56,522 bases of DNA, from assembly GCA_036154155.1 (NCBI GenBank), contig JAYZLP010000049.1:1-56522 (forward strand), written 5' to 3'. The DNA is from Thermoplasmatota archaeon. Its GTDB lineage: Archaea > Thermoplasmatota > Poseidoniia > Poseidoniales > Thalassarchaeaceae. The notes below the pieces were generated by a model. It worked only from the letters and a program-made list of their open reading frames with translations. It was not told the DNA's origin and searched no databases. Shown piece after piece: positions 41,247 to 51,767 of the stretch. The translations under genes were made by a program, and so were the position numbers. Positions within the stretch are counted from its first letter, which is position 1. Each line of letters opens with the position of its first letter.

Positions 41247-43220
41247 GTGAAGTCAGTGAGATATGCGACCGCATTAGTCCTTATTCTGCTAGCGGCACTG
41301 ATCAATCTTAACCCGGATATCGTAGATCCATCCAAAGCCCCCCACGTGGACTCCCATGACGGAGAAACCGACCTTGTTGGCTTGCAAGAGAGTGAGGAAT
41401 GGCTCGTCCTAAGGGTCGCATTTCCAGATAAGCCACACGACGATTCAATAATTGACCAAATTTTCGACATCGATAAAGACGGCTCACCCCATTTGTCTGC
41501 TTCACAATATGTCGCTCAAATGTCGGGTGGATTGTCATCATTGGAGGTCACAATCGCGGATGGCACCTGGGTTTCCCAAATGGACGAAGGATTCTGGGGC
41601 GCAGACTCCTCAGGAATTAGGGACTCAGGACTAGATGGAAGAGGAGTAGAGGGACTAGTCGAGGAATCAGTTGAAGGACTCCTTGACGGAGTCAACCTGT
41701 CCAAATGGGACTACAACAATGATGGATTAGTCGATAGAATATTGATTCTACACTCTGGCTCTGCTCAGGAGTCAGGAGCTTCTTCAGACTCCATTTGGAG
41801 TCATTTTTCTGAACTACAGGAACCGATAGAGGTAGGAGAATGGGCAATCGGCCATTACACGATTTCATCACTCGATTCAGGAATGGGGACCGTTGTTCAC
41901 GAGATGCTTCACCAGATGGGGGCACTAGACCTCTACGACGTCCACTCAGAGCTCCCCTCCAGCACGTGGAATGGGCTGGGTGACTGGGACATCATGGCTA
42001 GTGGCAATTGGAATGACAATGGAAGAACCCCTTCCATGCCAGGATCCTCCACACTGGATTTGATTGGTGCACATGGGGTCATTGATGTAGATACAAAGAT
42101 CGATGGAACATACGAAATAGCCCCCATTAGTAGTACTTCAGGAGGAACCAGGATCCTTTCTCTTGAAACAGCCCCGGGCGAGAGGGTGCTAATCTCGTTC
42201 CGCTCTGACATTGGTTTCGACTCAGCATTGCCAGGCCATGGCATATTGGTAGAGTATCAAGACATGAATAACGGGAACTCCGCTGACAACACAGTAAACC
42301 ATGACCCAAACAATGCATGGGCTAGAATCATAGAAGCAGATGGTGACGATGCACTTCTCAGGAATAGGGACTCTGGGAGCGAGGGAGACACCTTTTCATT
42401 GAACGACACATTCGGAAACACAGGTATCAGAATCCAGGATAATAGGGGTAGATTTGTTCACTGGACAGCCACAGTTTCTCAAATCTCCAATGATTCGGCA
42501 TCAGTAGAAATATCCACACCATCAACCCAAACGACCTCCGTACTGACTCAGAGAAACCCCTTGCAACTTCTCGATGGAGAATCGTCCTATGCCACTGTGT
42601 TCACTCCCGTTCAATGCAACCTTATCGTCAATGTCAGTGCAGATCTCGGGACTTCAACAGCGGTTGAGATTGACCTACCTGCAGGAACGTCAGATGTCCC
42701 CATCTTACGCTATTCGGACACATCTATGTCATTGGGGACATTGTCTGGTACTATTGGCTGCGAGGGCGACACGCCTGTCACAATAAGATCAGATTGGCAG
42801 AAGATAGGGAACCGAATACCCCCGCAATCACTCGAGGCCGTAATTAAGTGGGATGAGCCATCCTCTATTTTGCTAGATTTGGAATTTGAGGGCGACGGCC
42901 CAAGAGAGTATGATATTGGAATAGAGGGCGCGGCTAGTAGAATAGCCACAATTTCTCAACAGGGAGAGATTTCCCCGGGCGACCATCTGATCGTTGAGAT
43001 TGAACCAATGGGCCTGATGGAATCAGGGATGTACGCTAGAGGACAGGTCGTATTTCAGGATGAATTTGGCCTGGAGCAGAGGATAGACATACTCCTGATT
43101 GCAGAATCACCTTTCACTGGAGATGGTTGGTTGGCATGGCTATCGACACCCTCTAATGGACTTCCTATTGTCTGCATCCTTCTGGCAATATCTGTGATTA
43201 CAGGCTCAAAAAGGGAATGA
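41247..43220 (+). CDS. M6-family (immune inhibitor A-like) metalloprotease, membrane anchored
   Basis: HEMLHQMG..DLY zinc motif, WDIMASG Met-turn, WDYNNDG.VD, IWSH; N-terminal signal and C-terminal TM. Confidence 0.88.
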   Translation: MKSVRYATALVLILLAALINLNPDIVDPSKAPHVDSHDGETDLVGLQESEEWLVLRVAFPDKPHDDSIIDQIFDIDKDGSPHLSASQYVAQMSGGLSSLEVTIADGTWVSQMDEGFWGADSSGIRDSGLDGRGVEGLVEESVEGLLDGVNLSKWDYNNDGLVDRILILHSGSAQESGASSDSIWSHFSELQEPIEVGEWAIGHYTISSLDSGMGTVVHEMLHQMGALDLYDVHSELPSSTWNGLGDWDIMASGNWNDNGRTPSMPGSSTLDLIGAHGVIDVDTKIDGTYEIAPISSTSGGTRILSLETAPGERVLISFRSDIGFDSALPGHGILVEYQDMNNGNSADNTVNHDPNNAWARIIEADGDDALLRNRDSGSEGDTFSLNDTFGNTGIRIQDNRGRFVHWTATVSQISNDSASVEISTPSTQTTSVLTQRNPLQLLDGESSYATVFTPVQCNLIVNVSADLGTSTAVEIDLPAGTSDVPILRYSDTSMSLGTLSGTIGCEGDTPVTIRSDWQKIGNRIPPQSLEAVIKWDEPSSILLDLEFEGDGPREYDIGIEGAASRIATISQQGEISPGDHLIVEIEPMGLMESGMYARGQVVFQDEFGLEQRIDILLIAESPFTGDGWLAWLSTPSNGLPIVCILLAISVITGSKRE

Positions 43221-44300
43221 CTACCTTTTGCTTGGGTTGCTCCATCTCGAGTCAGCAGGAGGCCTCGATATCTTGAGGAATCCCCAGTCGCCAGCATCCG
43301 CATCTATCGGACAAACCCAATGCTTGTTTACGCCAGAGGCAAGTCTGGAAGTCAAACATGCCCTAGACCAATTTCCCACCACCTTCTCCTTGTCGTCTGG
43401 GTCGTTGATTAACCATGGAGCATGATCCTCCCCTACAGAACCAGTATAGCACCTCCAGGTTGTTCCGAATTTGAATCCGGGACGAGTATTGAGGCCTCTG
43501 TCCCATAGTTCCTTCAACAAGCTAGCAGTCCTAGTCAAACCGAGTTCCGGATTAGTAATTCCAGTTGAGTAACTTTCAACGTGGAAGTCCTTTGAAGGGC
43601 GACCTAGGAAATGCACTAGCTCCCTTTCAACCCAATCCAACTGACGCCCGCCGTGAATGGAAACTCCGATGGTTTCCGATGGCCACATCTGGATATCTGC
43701 GAAGAACGCACCACCAGTGTGGGTCTCAGCGTAGCTGTAGGATGAGATTTCCTCAAACACGTCATCAGATGGAGGGACTAGATGCCCAGTAGGATCGGCT
43801 ATTGACAGGTGGTATGTGACTACTGACATCTCTTCGTCGATAACTAATGATTCAGCTACCCTTCCCCTTTTCTCTACCTCTTTCGTCCACTCATAAAGCT
43901 CGCTCCCATCGAAGACCTCTTCCGATGTGAACCATCTTACTTCTGCAACCGGTGGACCATCCCTTGGATGCATATCAGACTCCCACCTAAGGCCCCATGT
44001 TTCCTCTGAGCATTCAAGCCCCATATTTTCGAGGTTGCCCTTGAGAACGACCTTGTTTCCAGGTACCCTAAGGGCCTCCATGATCGCACCTTCGGCTATG
44101 ACCTCACTGTATTCATTCGTTACACTGAGTATCCAATCATCGCTGGGTAACTCAACATGCCTATGGTCCCTGCAGAAAATCAACTCACACGCCTCTAGAA
44201 CCAGCCCCCCTCCTGCGATGGGCCTGCCAATGGCCGACTTATGCCACAACCTCTCGGCTGCGGGACCATCGTAGATCCAACCCCCCTCGGCGCGTTCCAT
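43221..44300 (-). CDS. endA: tRNA-intron endonuclease (two-unit type)
   Basis: RPGFKFG..WRCY (Tyr), DHAP (His), RLASGVNK (Lys); VIDEE..V.TY at the end of the first unit; start moved to ATG 44300. Confidence 0.88.
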   Translation of the reverse strand: MERAEGGWIYDGPAAERLWHKSAIGRPIAGGGLVLEACELIFCRDHRHVELPSDDWILSVTNEYSEVIAEGAIMEALRVPGNKVVLKGNLENMGLECSEETWGLRWESDMHPRDGPPVAEVRWFTSEEVFDGSELYEWTKEVEKRGRVAESLVIDEEMSVVTYHLSIADPTGHLVPPSDDVFEEISSYSYAETHTGGAFFADIQMWPSETIGVSIHGGRQLDWVERELVHFLGRPSKDFHVESYSTGITNPELGLTRTASLLKELWDRGLNTRPGFKFGTTWRCYTGSVGEDHAPWLINDPDDKEKVVGNWSRACLTSRLASGVNKHWVCPIDADAGDWGFLKISRPPADSRWSNPSKR

Positions 44301-44376
44301 GGCATTACGATGGCATCCTAAACTTGATTCCGTCGGTCTAGTAAGTATCATTCGCCTTGACCCTCACGCAGTAGCC

Positions 44377-45435
44377 ATGGGGTCGACGGAAGAAGGCAGA
44401 TCGGAGGCTGAGACATTAAGGAGACTCAGCTCCTTGATTGAGGATGTTGAGGGGACGAGAGTGACACTCATAGGAGATGTGATGCTAGATAGATACCACC
44501 ACGGGTATGCCAACAATCTCAACTCAACGTCCCCTGTTCCGGTACTGCGTATTATCAGATCAGAAGAATCTCCGGGTGCGGCAGCTCACATTGCTAGGGG
44601 CCTAAACTCGCTTGGAATGGATGTCGATTTCTTCTCTAGTGTGGGTGACGATGATGAGGGAGAGAGAATTCTTGAGATGCTTTCTGGAGATGGGATTTCC
44701 ATAAAGGGAATTTCAGTTGTTCCAAATCGCAAGACTCTGACAAAAATTAGATTTTATGGAAGTAGAGAGAGCCTTCTGGATCAAAGTCAGGTCTTACTAC
44801 AGGCCGACAGGGGGCCACTGGATGAATTGAGTGAGTCGATAAGCGACCGGCTAATTAGTGCCGCCTTGGAGTCTATGTCCAACAGTAGAGCAATTGTGTT
44901 GTCAGATTATCACAAGGGCGTGATAACAGAGTCGGGCGCATCGATGTTGATATCCAAGGCCAAGGAATTGGAACTCCCATCCATAGTCGACCCCAAATTA
45001 ACGGGCCTATCTAGGAGCAAGGGTGCTGATGCTGTGATTTTTGGTATGAGGGGACTAGAACTTCAAAGGAGGAGGCTAATGATGGATAATTTCTCAGATA
45101 CAGCTTCTGAACTAATTTCAACATATGATTGGGGAGCGATATTGGTTCTGGGAGGAGTAGATGGCATTAACCTCTATCTCCGCGAGGGGGAGGAGCTATC
45201 CATTCCATGCCGTGCAAATGCTCCACGTCAGCAGATCGGACTCCACGACGCTGCTGCTACAGCCTTAGCTGCCGCTCTCGGAAATGGCCTTGACATATAC
45301 GATGCCGCTTCTCTTGCAGCCGCTGCCTGTGAATGTGTTCTCACGGCCGAGTCTAGTCATGAGTTCGTCAACAGGGACACTCTAGGAATCTGGTTAGAAG
45401 AGCTATCCTGGAAGCTACAGATTTCTGATAGGTGA
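44377..45435 (+). CDS. PfkB-family carbohydrate kinase resembling RfaE/HldE domain I (divergent)
   Basis: IGDVMLDRY.HG, PVPVL, PGAAA, VLSDY.KGV, VDPK; start moved to ATG 44377. Confidence 0.8.
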   Translation: MGSTEEGRSEAETLRRLSSLIEDVEGTRVTLIGDVMLDRYHHGYANNLNSTSPVPVLRIIRSEESPGAAAHIARGLNSLGMDVDFFSSVGDDDEGERILEMLSGDGISIKGISVVPNRKTLTKIRFYGSRESLLDQSQVLLQADRGPLDELSESISDRLISAALESMSNSRAIVLSDYHKGVITESGASMLISKAKELELPSIVDPKLTGLSRSKGADAVIFGMRGLELQRRRLMMDNFSDTASELISTYDWGAILVLGGVDGINLYLREGEELSIPCRANAPRQQIGLHDAAATALAAALGNGLDIYDAASLAAAACECVLTAESSHEFVNRDTLGIWLEELSWKLQISDR

Positions 45436-45483
45436 GGAACATGAACCCAACGGGTTCAAGACATATCCTATAGGGCCACGGAC

Positions 45484-46938
45484 GTGAATAGGAAGTCCCT
45501 GCTTGTGGTCCTAGCAACAGCACTGGCACTCGCTGCAATATCCAATGTGGTGTCAGCTGAGGATGGCGAAGCCTCTTTCCTGGGGTTCGATGATGATAAT
45601 GGGGTACACATTTCCGAGCATACATCAATCACCGGCTTCCTAGTTTCATCAGCGGAGCCATCTACTGACTCTACATGGTCAGTCCTCGATCAGTCACGGG
45701 AGGAGACAACACCTCTTGGTAGCGGTATGATTTCGTTTGGGGAACCCCATGAATATGGAAACTTCATGAAATGGTCATGGGAGGTCACTATAGAACCAGA
45801 TAATATCGGGGACTGCTCATGCGTTCTGCAGATGACAGTTTCCTATGATAATCAGAGCAGCATTACCTCGAGTCTTGCAATATTTATTGGAAACCCATCT
45901 GGAGTAATTTTGCTGTCCGATGCTCCATCAGAGGATTCACGGGCAAGGGGCGAAATTGAATTCTCTGGATGGTCGGATTCCAACGGATCGTCAGCAACAC
46001 TAGGCTTCTCAGTTAGGCCAGCAGGCTCTCTTACCGAAACATGCCTAGAAAGTCCGGAAGACGACACATTGACCTATCTCCTCACCTCTCCTGCCACTGG
46101 CTCATACTCCTCGATGGTCGACGTGTCGGAATTATCCGATGGCTGGTATTCTGCATGGACATCAGCGACATCAGGGACGGAAACTCTGAACCATTGCGTC
46201 TCAATTGCGATCGATAACTCTCCCCCTGTTTCGGTGATTTCCGGATCTAGTGAGGCTCAGGAGGGCGATGAAGCGTTACTATTCGACGGCGGATCTTCGG
46301 ATGACGGATATTGGGGCAAGGGCGACTTACTCCACATTTGGACTGTTTTGGATAAATCGAGACCCGGTTCTGCACCAATCTCCGTCAGCCAAGGAGCAAG
46401 CACGTTCTCCATGGAAACGCACACATCGGGAGAGTTCGAGATCACGCTCAGGGTTGTCGATCCTAGCGGACTATACAGCTCAACTTCCAGAACTGTGTCC
46501 ATTACCAATGTGATCCCATCAGTTAAACTGGTTGTCGATGGGAAATCAGTAGCACATGGTGAGAGCATCAGGCTCTCTTCCGGTTCATCTTGGGAAATAG
46601 ATGCCTCTGAATCGATGGACAGCTCCAATGATGTCAACGGCCTGAGGTGCGTTTGGAAGATTGACAATAACGCTGTTTACGAGGGCTGTCAGAGGTCACT
46701 CTCATGGCCTGAAAATGAATCACAGAAGATTATTCTCACAGTCGAGGTAATCGATGATGATGATGAATACTCATTCATTTCTGTGGAACTAGTACATCCT
46801 GACTATTCCGATGACCTCCCTCTTGGGCTCATAGTGTTAGTAGTGTCAGCGGCTTTCCTTGCTTCAGCGATACTTTTCAGGAGGAACTCTTCGTCTGGGG
46901 GCGACATACCCAAGTGGCAACCAGATGAACAAAACTGA
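45484..46938 (+). CDS. Cell-surface protein with PKD/Ig-like domains and C-terminal TM anchor
   Basis: Signal peptide; FDGGSSDD..W, G.FEITLRVVDPSG, IDAS.S.D...W, LTVEVIDDD; C-terminal TM followed by RR. Confidence 0.78.
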   Translation: MNRKSLLVVLATALALAAISNVVSAEDGEASFLGFDDDNGVHISEHTSITGFLVSSAEPSTDSTWSVLDQSREETTPLGSGMISFGEPHEYGNFMKWSWEVTIEPDNIGDCSCVLQMTVSYDNQSSITSSLAIFIGNPSGVILLSDAPSEDSRARGEIEFSGWSDSNGSSATLGFSVRPAGSLTETCLESPEDDTLTYLLTSPATGSYSSMVDVSELSDGWYSAWTSATSGTETLNHCVSIAIDNSPPVSVISGSSEAQEGDEALLFDGGSSDDGYWGKGDLLHIWTVLDKSRPGSAPISVSQGASTFSMETHTSGEFEITLRVVDPSGLYSSTSRTVSITNVIPSVKLVVDGKSVAHGESIRLSSGSSWEIDASESMDSSNDVNGLRCVWKIDNNAVYEGCQRSLSWPENESQKIILTVEVIDDDDEYSFISVELVHPDYSDDLPLGLIVLVVSAAFLASAILFRRNSSSGGDIPKWQPDEQN

Positions 46939-46991
46939 GATTTACCTTACTACATTTCAAGAACATGAGCCTCAGCGGAGGGTTGAGAACA

Positions 46992-48299
46992 ATGTCAGAC
47001 TTGCCCTTTGATTTGTCAGAGTACCGTAGTAGGCAGCAGGAATTTTTGTCAATAATGCCCCAGGATTCCCTTGTAATTATTCCAAATAATCCAAAATCAG
47101 TCAGATCCAACGACACCCATTATCGATACCGCGCAAATTCCTACATGCTATATTTGTGTGGCTGGGGAGAGCCAGAATCAATATTTACAGCCCAATTTTC
47201 AGACAGCAAATGGACAACTTCTCTCTTCGTCAGGCCTAGAGACACCAACTCTGAGATTTGGGAAGGAAGGAGAGTAGGCCCAGAAGGGGCAGTAGAGGGA
47301 TGGCCGGTCGACGAATCATTTCCCATCGGAGACGTAGAGGAGTATCTTGCCAAAGCTCTTGAATCTGGCCTCAGGCCTTCAATAATCCCAGGATTAAATC
47401 CCTCGATCGACAATATTTGTTCACAATGCGAAATGTCAGAAATTCAGGATCCAAGGGAAGTTCTGGATACTATGAGGACGGTTAAGTCAGAATCTGAAAT
47501 AGAGCTAATGCAGCAAGCTGCCGATATCGCATCTTCGGCCCATGTAAAGGCAATGGAGGGAACATTCCCCTCTGTCGGTGAGTGGCAGATCCAAGCTATT
47601 ATCGAGGGACACTTCATTGATTCCAAGAGCCAATGGAGCTACCCTTCCATTGTTGGAGGGGGCGATAATGCGACAATCTTGCACTACTCTAGCAACTCAG
47701 AAACTGTTGGGGATGGCGACCTGGTTCTAGTTGACGCAGGGTGCGAAGTTCATGGATATGCATCTGACATCACGAGGACATGGCCGGTCAATGGCAAGTT
47801 TACAGAAGCCCAGAAGGAGATATACAACCTAGTTCTTGAGGCCGAGTTGGCTGGGATAGATGCATGCAGAGCGGGCTCACCATGGAGGTCCATGCACGAA
47901 GCCTCGTCAACCGTTCTAGCCAGGGGGCTAGTCCAATTGGGAATCCTCGATTGCACTGTTTCCGAGGCTCTGGGGCAGAATCTGGACGGGCCCTTCAGAA
48001 ACTACTTCATGCATGGTACCGGACATTTGTTGGGATTGGATGTTCATGACGTCGGAGGCGGTAGGAAAGGCGACAAAAAGCCCGGCCCGGTACTAAGGCC
48101 AGGAATGGTGGTCACTGTTGAGCCAGGTCTCTACTTCGCAAGTTGGAGGGACGATGTAGAAATTCCCGAGAGGTATGCTGGTATCGGAATCAGAATTGAA
48201 GACGACGTATTGATTACGGAAGACGGACCTGTCGTGCTATCCTCAAGTTGCCCTAAATCAGTGGATGAGATAGAAGCCATAGTAGGAAAATCAAGGTGA
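46992..48299 (+). CDS. pepP: Xaa-Pro aminopeptidase (M24B)
   Basis: RSNDT.Y.YR, LVDAG.E..GYASDITRT, HGTGHLLGLDVHD, TVEPGLY, GIRIEDD. Confidence 0.93.
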   Translation: MSDLPFDLSEYRSRQQEFLSIMPQDSLVIIPNNPKSVRSNDTHYRYRANSYMLYLCGWGEPESIFTAQFSDSKWTTSLFVRPRDTNSEIWEGRRVGPEGAVEGWPVDESFPIGDVEEYLAKALESGLRPSIIPGLNPSIDNICSQCEMSEIQDPREVLDTMRTVKSESEIELMQQAADIASSAHVKAMEGTFPSVGEWQIQAIIEGHFIDSKSQWSYPSIVGGGDNATILHYSSNSETVGDGDLVLVDAGCEVHGYASDITRTWPVNGKFTEAQKEIYNLVLEAELAGIDACRAGSPWRSMHEASSTVLARGLVQLGILDCTVSEALGQNLDGPFRNYFMHGTGHLLGLDVHDVGGGRKGDKKPGPVLRPGMVVTVEPGLYFASWRDDVEIPERYAGIGIRIEDDVLITEDGPVVLSSSCPKSVDEIEAIVGKSR

Positions 48300-48303
48300 T
48301 ACA

Positions 48304-49467
48304 TTGTCTTGGTCTGCGATTCTTGAAATTCAGGCTTCCAGAAACCCCCCGCGCCTGTCGGTGGAAGAAGCAACCCTGATCTATGAAGAGGCCGACTTGA
48401 ATGAGCTAATGCATGCTGCACATATTAGGAGAAAACAAATGGTTCCGGGCAATGAGGTGACGTATCTTGTTGACAGAAACATAAACTACACCAATGTTTG
48501 CACTATAAATTGCCAGTTTTGCTCATTTTACAGGCCACCTGGACATCCAGAGGTCTACACTCAGACAATCGACGAGATTAGTGAAAGGATTTCCGAGTTG
48601 GAGCAACTTGGCGGCTCTAGGATCCTGATGCAGGGAGGCGTCAATCCAGAACTGCCACTTTCATGGTACACAGATTTGCTCGCCGAACTTAGGTCGAGAC
48701 ATCCAACTATCGATTTGGACTGTTTCTCGCCCATTGAAATTGAGGGTATTGCTGACGTTTGCGGACTAAGTACAATGGAGGTGTTACAGAAACTGAAGAA
48801 GGCTGGAATGCATGGTCTACCGGGAGGGGGGGCCGAGATGTTAGTAGATGACGTCAGGATGGACATTTCCCCGTTGAAGGGCTCTGCAGAAAACTGGCTT
48901 AGAGTCATGGGCGAGGCCCAGCAGCTCGGCCTCACAACGTCAGCCACGAACGTGTTTGGATTTGGAGAATCCCCGGCTAATAGGGTAGAACATATGGACA
49001 GGATTAGGGAGATGCAAGACGATGCAACATCCGAGGGAAGGACAGGTTTCACTTCATTCGTCTCATGGCCTGTTCAATTGGAGAACAACGCGTTTGGAAA
49101 GAGAAATAGAGGATCCAATAGAGTGGAACTAGGAGCTTCTTCAAGCGAATACCTCAGGCACATAGCAGTCTCACGACTTTTCTTTGACAACATTGGCCAT
49201 ATTCAGGCGTCATGGCCCACCATGGGCCTTGAGATAGCCCAGATTGCATTACTGGGGGGTGCCGATGACGCTGGATCAACAATGATGGAGGAGAACGTCG
49301 TTTCAGCATCCGGGACCGATAGGACAGAGGCTACAGAATTTGAACTTCATAGGATAATCTCAATGGCAGGCTTCTCCCCAAGAAAAAGAGACTCTAGATA
49401 CAATATCATGGAGACTGCTAGACTATTCGAAATCGAAGCTGGGTCGCCACCGCCGGTTCAGATATGA
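48304..49467 (+). CDS. mqnC: Cyclic dehypoxanthine futalosine synthase (CofH/MqnC-family radical SAM)
   Basis: DRNINYTNVCTINCQFCSFYR (CxxxCxxC), QGG.NP, FSPIEI, PGGGAE, GSTMMEENVV. Confidence 0.82.
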   Translation: MSWSAILEIQASRNPPRLSVEEATLIYEEADLNELMHAAHIRRKQMVPGNEVTYLVDRNINYTNVCTINCQFCSFYRPPGHPEVYTQTIDEISERISELEQLGGSRILMQGGVNPELPLSWYTDLLAELRSRHPTIDLDCFSPIEIEGIADVCGLSTMEVLQKLKKAGMHGLPGGGAEMLVDDVRMDISPLKGSAENWLRVMGEAQQLGLTTSATNVFGFGESPANRVEHMDRIREMQDDATSEGRTGFTSFVSWPVQLENNAFGKRNRGSNRVELGASSSEYLRHIAVSRLFFDNIGHIQASWPTMGLEIAQIALLGGADDAGSTMMEENVVSASGTDRTEATEFELHRIISMAGFSPRKRDSRYNIMETARLFEIEAGSPPPVQI

Positions 49468-50541
49468 CTATCCTTCGACTCTCCCGCTTCTGACGGGCAG
49501 GTCATCAATGGATACTTCCGCACTATTCTCTATATTGATGGGCCTGACCCATTTCATCTTCGTTCCTGAGTCTGTAACCCCTTCAACAACAATCTCCCAG
49601 TGAACAGCGATCATTGCAGAATATATTGAACCAGGCCATGCATCATTAGGCCCTTCTAGAACTATATTACTCGATGACATATCATTCCATGGTCCGCTAC
49701 ATTGGACTCTCATAGGTTCTAGGAGCAGTACCCGGCCCCTGCTAACAGTCATCGGCAGTGACTCTCCAACGCCCGTGCCGTGTTCGTCAGCTGTCGACAC
49801 CCTTCTTTCAGGAAGTGCTGTGGACATTCCAGGAGCAGGTTGACCAGTTTCACTAGTATTGGTGGCCTCCAGTAGAGCCCTCCTCTCGGGAACAGCAACA
49901 CCGACCTGAATTCTACATCTATCCGCCCTGAAACCCTTTGGGGATTGGAAACTCAGGATCTCGATAGAATTTGGACCACGATCCCCAATTTCCATCAGGG
50001 GGCTACCAAGTGGTTTGGAGATGTAATTTTCCTGCCTCCTTATGTCCCTGACATTGGCAACTATTCTGACAATTATGGGCAGTATGAAGATAGGGAATGA
50101 AACTAGGATCAGAAGTGGGTAGTCAAGAGGCCCTATCCTAATCGGTGTGTAGATTATTTCTGCTATTGGCCCAACTAACTCAATCAATGCAGGCTCTAAT
50201 GCATGAAGAATCAGAGAAACAGTTAGAATAATCACCGAGGGGAGAATCATCCGTCTAGCCAGAGAGTGTATCGGATCTGGCTCGATGTACCAACCATTTC
50301 TGGTTCTCATCAGGAATGGAAGAGTCTCTCTAGTTACCTCTGTATGAATCTCAGGTAGATTCCCATCACCCTGCTTCTCATCCCTCCACTCAACCATCCA
50401 GCCATTTTCCGCTCCTAGTTTGAATTCAGACGGAGGCTCGTTTTCAGATATCAATAAGACCTCTACCAATGGGATTTCCTCGGGATTGGTATTGTAGTGC
50501 TCGAATGGAGGATACCGCACTCTCTGAACCGATCTATGCAT
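49468..50541 (-). CDS. Hypothetical membrane protein (two TMs, large C-terminal domain)
   Basis: Long ORF co-oriented with the reductase gene, 3-nt gap; two hydrophobic segments. Confidence 0.7.
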   Translation of the reverse strand: MHRSVQRVRYPPFEHYNTNPEEIPLVEVLLISENEPPSEFKLGAENGWMVEWRDEKQGDGNLPEIHTEVTRETLPFLMRTRNGWYIEPDPIHSLARRMILPSVIILTVSLILHALEPALIELVGPIAEIIYTPIRIGPLDYPLLILVSFPIFILPIIVRIVANVRDIRRQENYISKPLGSPLMEIGDRGPNSIEILSFQSPKGFRADRCRIQVGVAVPERRALLEATNTSETGQPAPGMSTALPERRVSTADEHGTGVGESLPMTVSRGRVLLLEPMRVQCSGPWNDMSSSNIVLEGPNDAWPGSIYSAMIAVHWEIVVEGVTDSGTKMKWVRPINIENSAEVSIDDLPVRSGRVEG

Positions 50542-50544
50542 AGC

Positions 50545-51759
50545 TCAACCCCAAATTAGTGCCTTAGCAGCCTTACCCGCTACCTTGCGGAACTCTGGAA
50601 CTTCCTTCAATAGCCTTATTCCGAGGGGAATGGGGTTGTCTATCTCCCCAGTTTCATTAATTATTTGTATAACATCTTCCTTACACCAAATAGAGAATAT
50701 TTCATCGAGCTCTTCATCACTGGATTCGGTGACGAAGGCGTCTCTGAGGGCCTTGGCTTTGCCATGCTTCCTCCTCATCGAATCAAGAATTTTTGAAATT
50801 CTGGCCATATTTTCTTCCGAGTGGTTTCCCGTTTCAATAGCCTTTGAGATCTCAGGTACTAGCAGGTCCACCTGTTCAAAGCCCGGCCCGATGCCACCTC
50901 CTGTTGTTGGCTTGCAAGAGCCCGCAGCATCACCGAATAGAGCTACTCTCGGACGAACGGTTTTCTTCAGCATGCCACTCGGCACTGGACCTCCAAATTT
51001 CCCGACAATTTTACAATTAGCGAATCTCTCCGACCAAATTGAATCATTCATGAGTTTTCTCAATAGGGATTCACATGAGGCCCCCTCGAGGAGATCGGGG
51101 CGACTCCACATGCCGACTCGGGTGGTACTGCCTGATGGAATCGCCCAAGCGAAGAAACCCGGTGCAATGCTATTGCCAGTGTACATATCCAGAACACCAT
51201 CCACTCCCGGATATCCCGTAACCTCAACTTGAAATCCGACCATCATCTCCTTAGGTCTGCCAAATTTGAACTTCTTTCTGACCCAGGAGTGCGCTCCATC
51301 ACACCCGCAGATAACCTGACAGTTTACTATGGCCTGTTTACCGTTCTTATCAACCCTGATCAAGGCATGTCCATCCTTGATTTCAGCATCTACAGGGGTG
51401 CTATCAAGCCAAATATCAGCCCCAGCATCAATAGCGCTCCGAACCACACTCTCGTCAAACTTCTTTCTACAGACGGACCACGTCCTAATCCTATTTGGGT
51501 TACCTATCTCTACTGGTTCACCCGATGGGCCATGTATTCTAGCTCCCCAAATCACGCTCAATGCAGTGTTCTCAAGTGACACCTTGCTCATCGCATCGGG
51601 ATTTACCAATCCAGCGCATTGGAATGGTCGGCCAATTTCACCGTGCTCCTCCATCAGAAGCACTGTGCGCCCCTCCTCTCGTAACTTCAGCGCTAGATAA
51701 CCGCCGACGGGACCAGCTCCCACTATGGCCACGTCATAGTGGAACTCCATCATGCTCAC
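50545..51759 (-). CDS. Geranylgeranyl reductase family flavoprotein (DGGR-like)
   Basis: DVAIVGAGP.G, IG.P.QCAG, R.KFD, DGA.S, APGFFAW, GDAAG..KPTTGGGI. Confidence 0.88.
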   Translation of the reverse strand: MSMMEFHYDVAIVGAGPVGGYLALKLREEGRTVLLMEEHGEIGRPFQCAGLVNPDAMSKVSLENTALSVIWGARIHGPSGEPVEIGNPNRIRTWSVCRKKFDESVVRSAIDAGADIWLDSTPVDAEIKDGHALIRVDKNGKQAIVNCQVICGCDGAHSWVRKKFKFGRPKEMMVGFQVEVTGYPGVDGVLDMYTGNSIAPGFFAWAIPSGSTTRVGMWSRPDLLEGASCESLLRKLMNDSIWSERFANCKIVGKFGGPVPSGMLKKTVRPRVALFGDAAGSCKPTTGGGIGPGFEQVDLLVPEISKAIETGNHSEENMARISKILDSMRRKHGKAKALRDAFVTESSDEELDEIFSIWCKEDVIQIINETGEIDNPIPLGIRLLKEVPEFRKVAGKAAKALIWG

Positions 51760-51767
51760 TACCCCAG

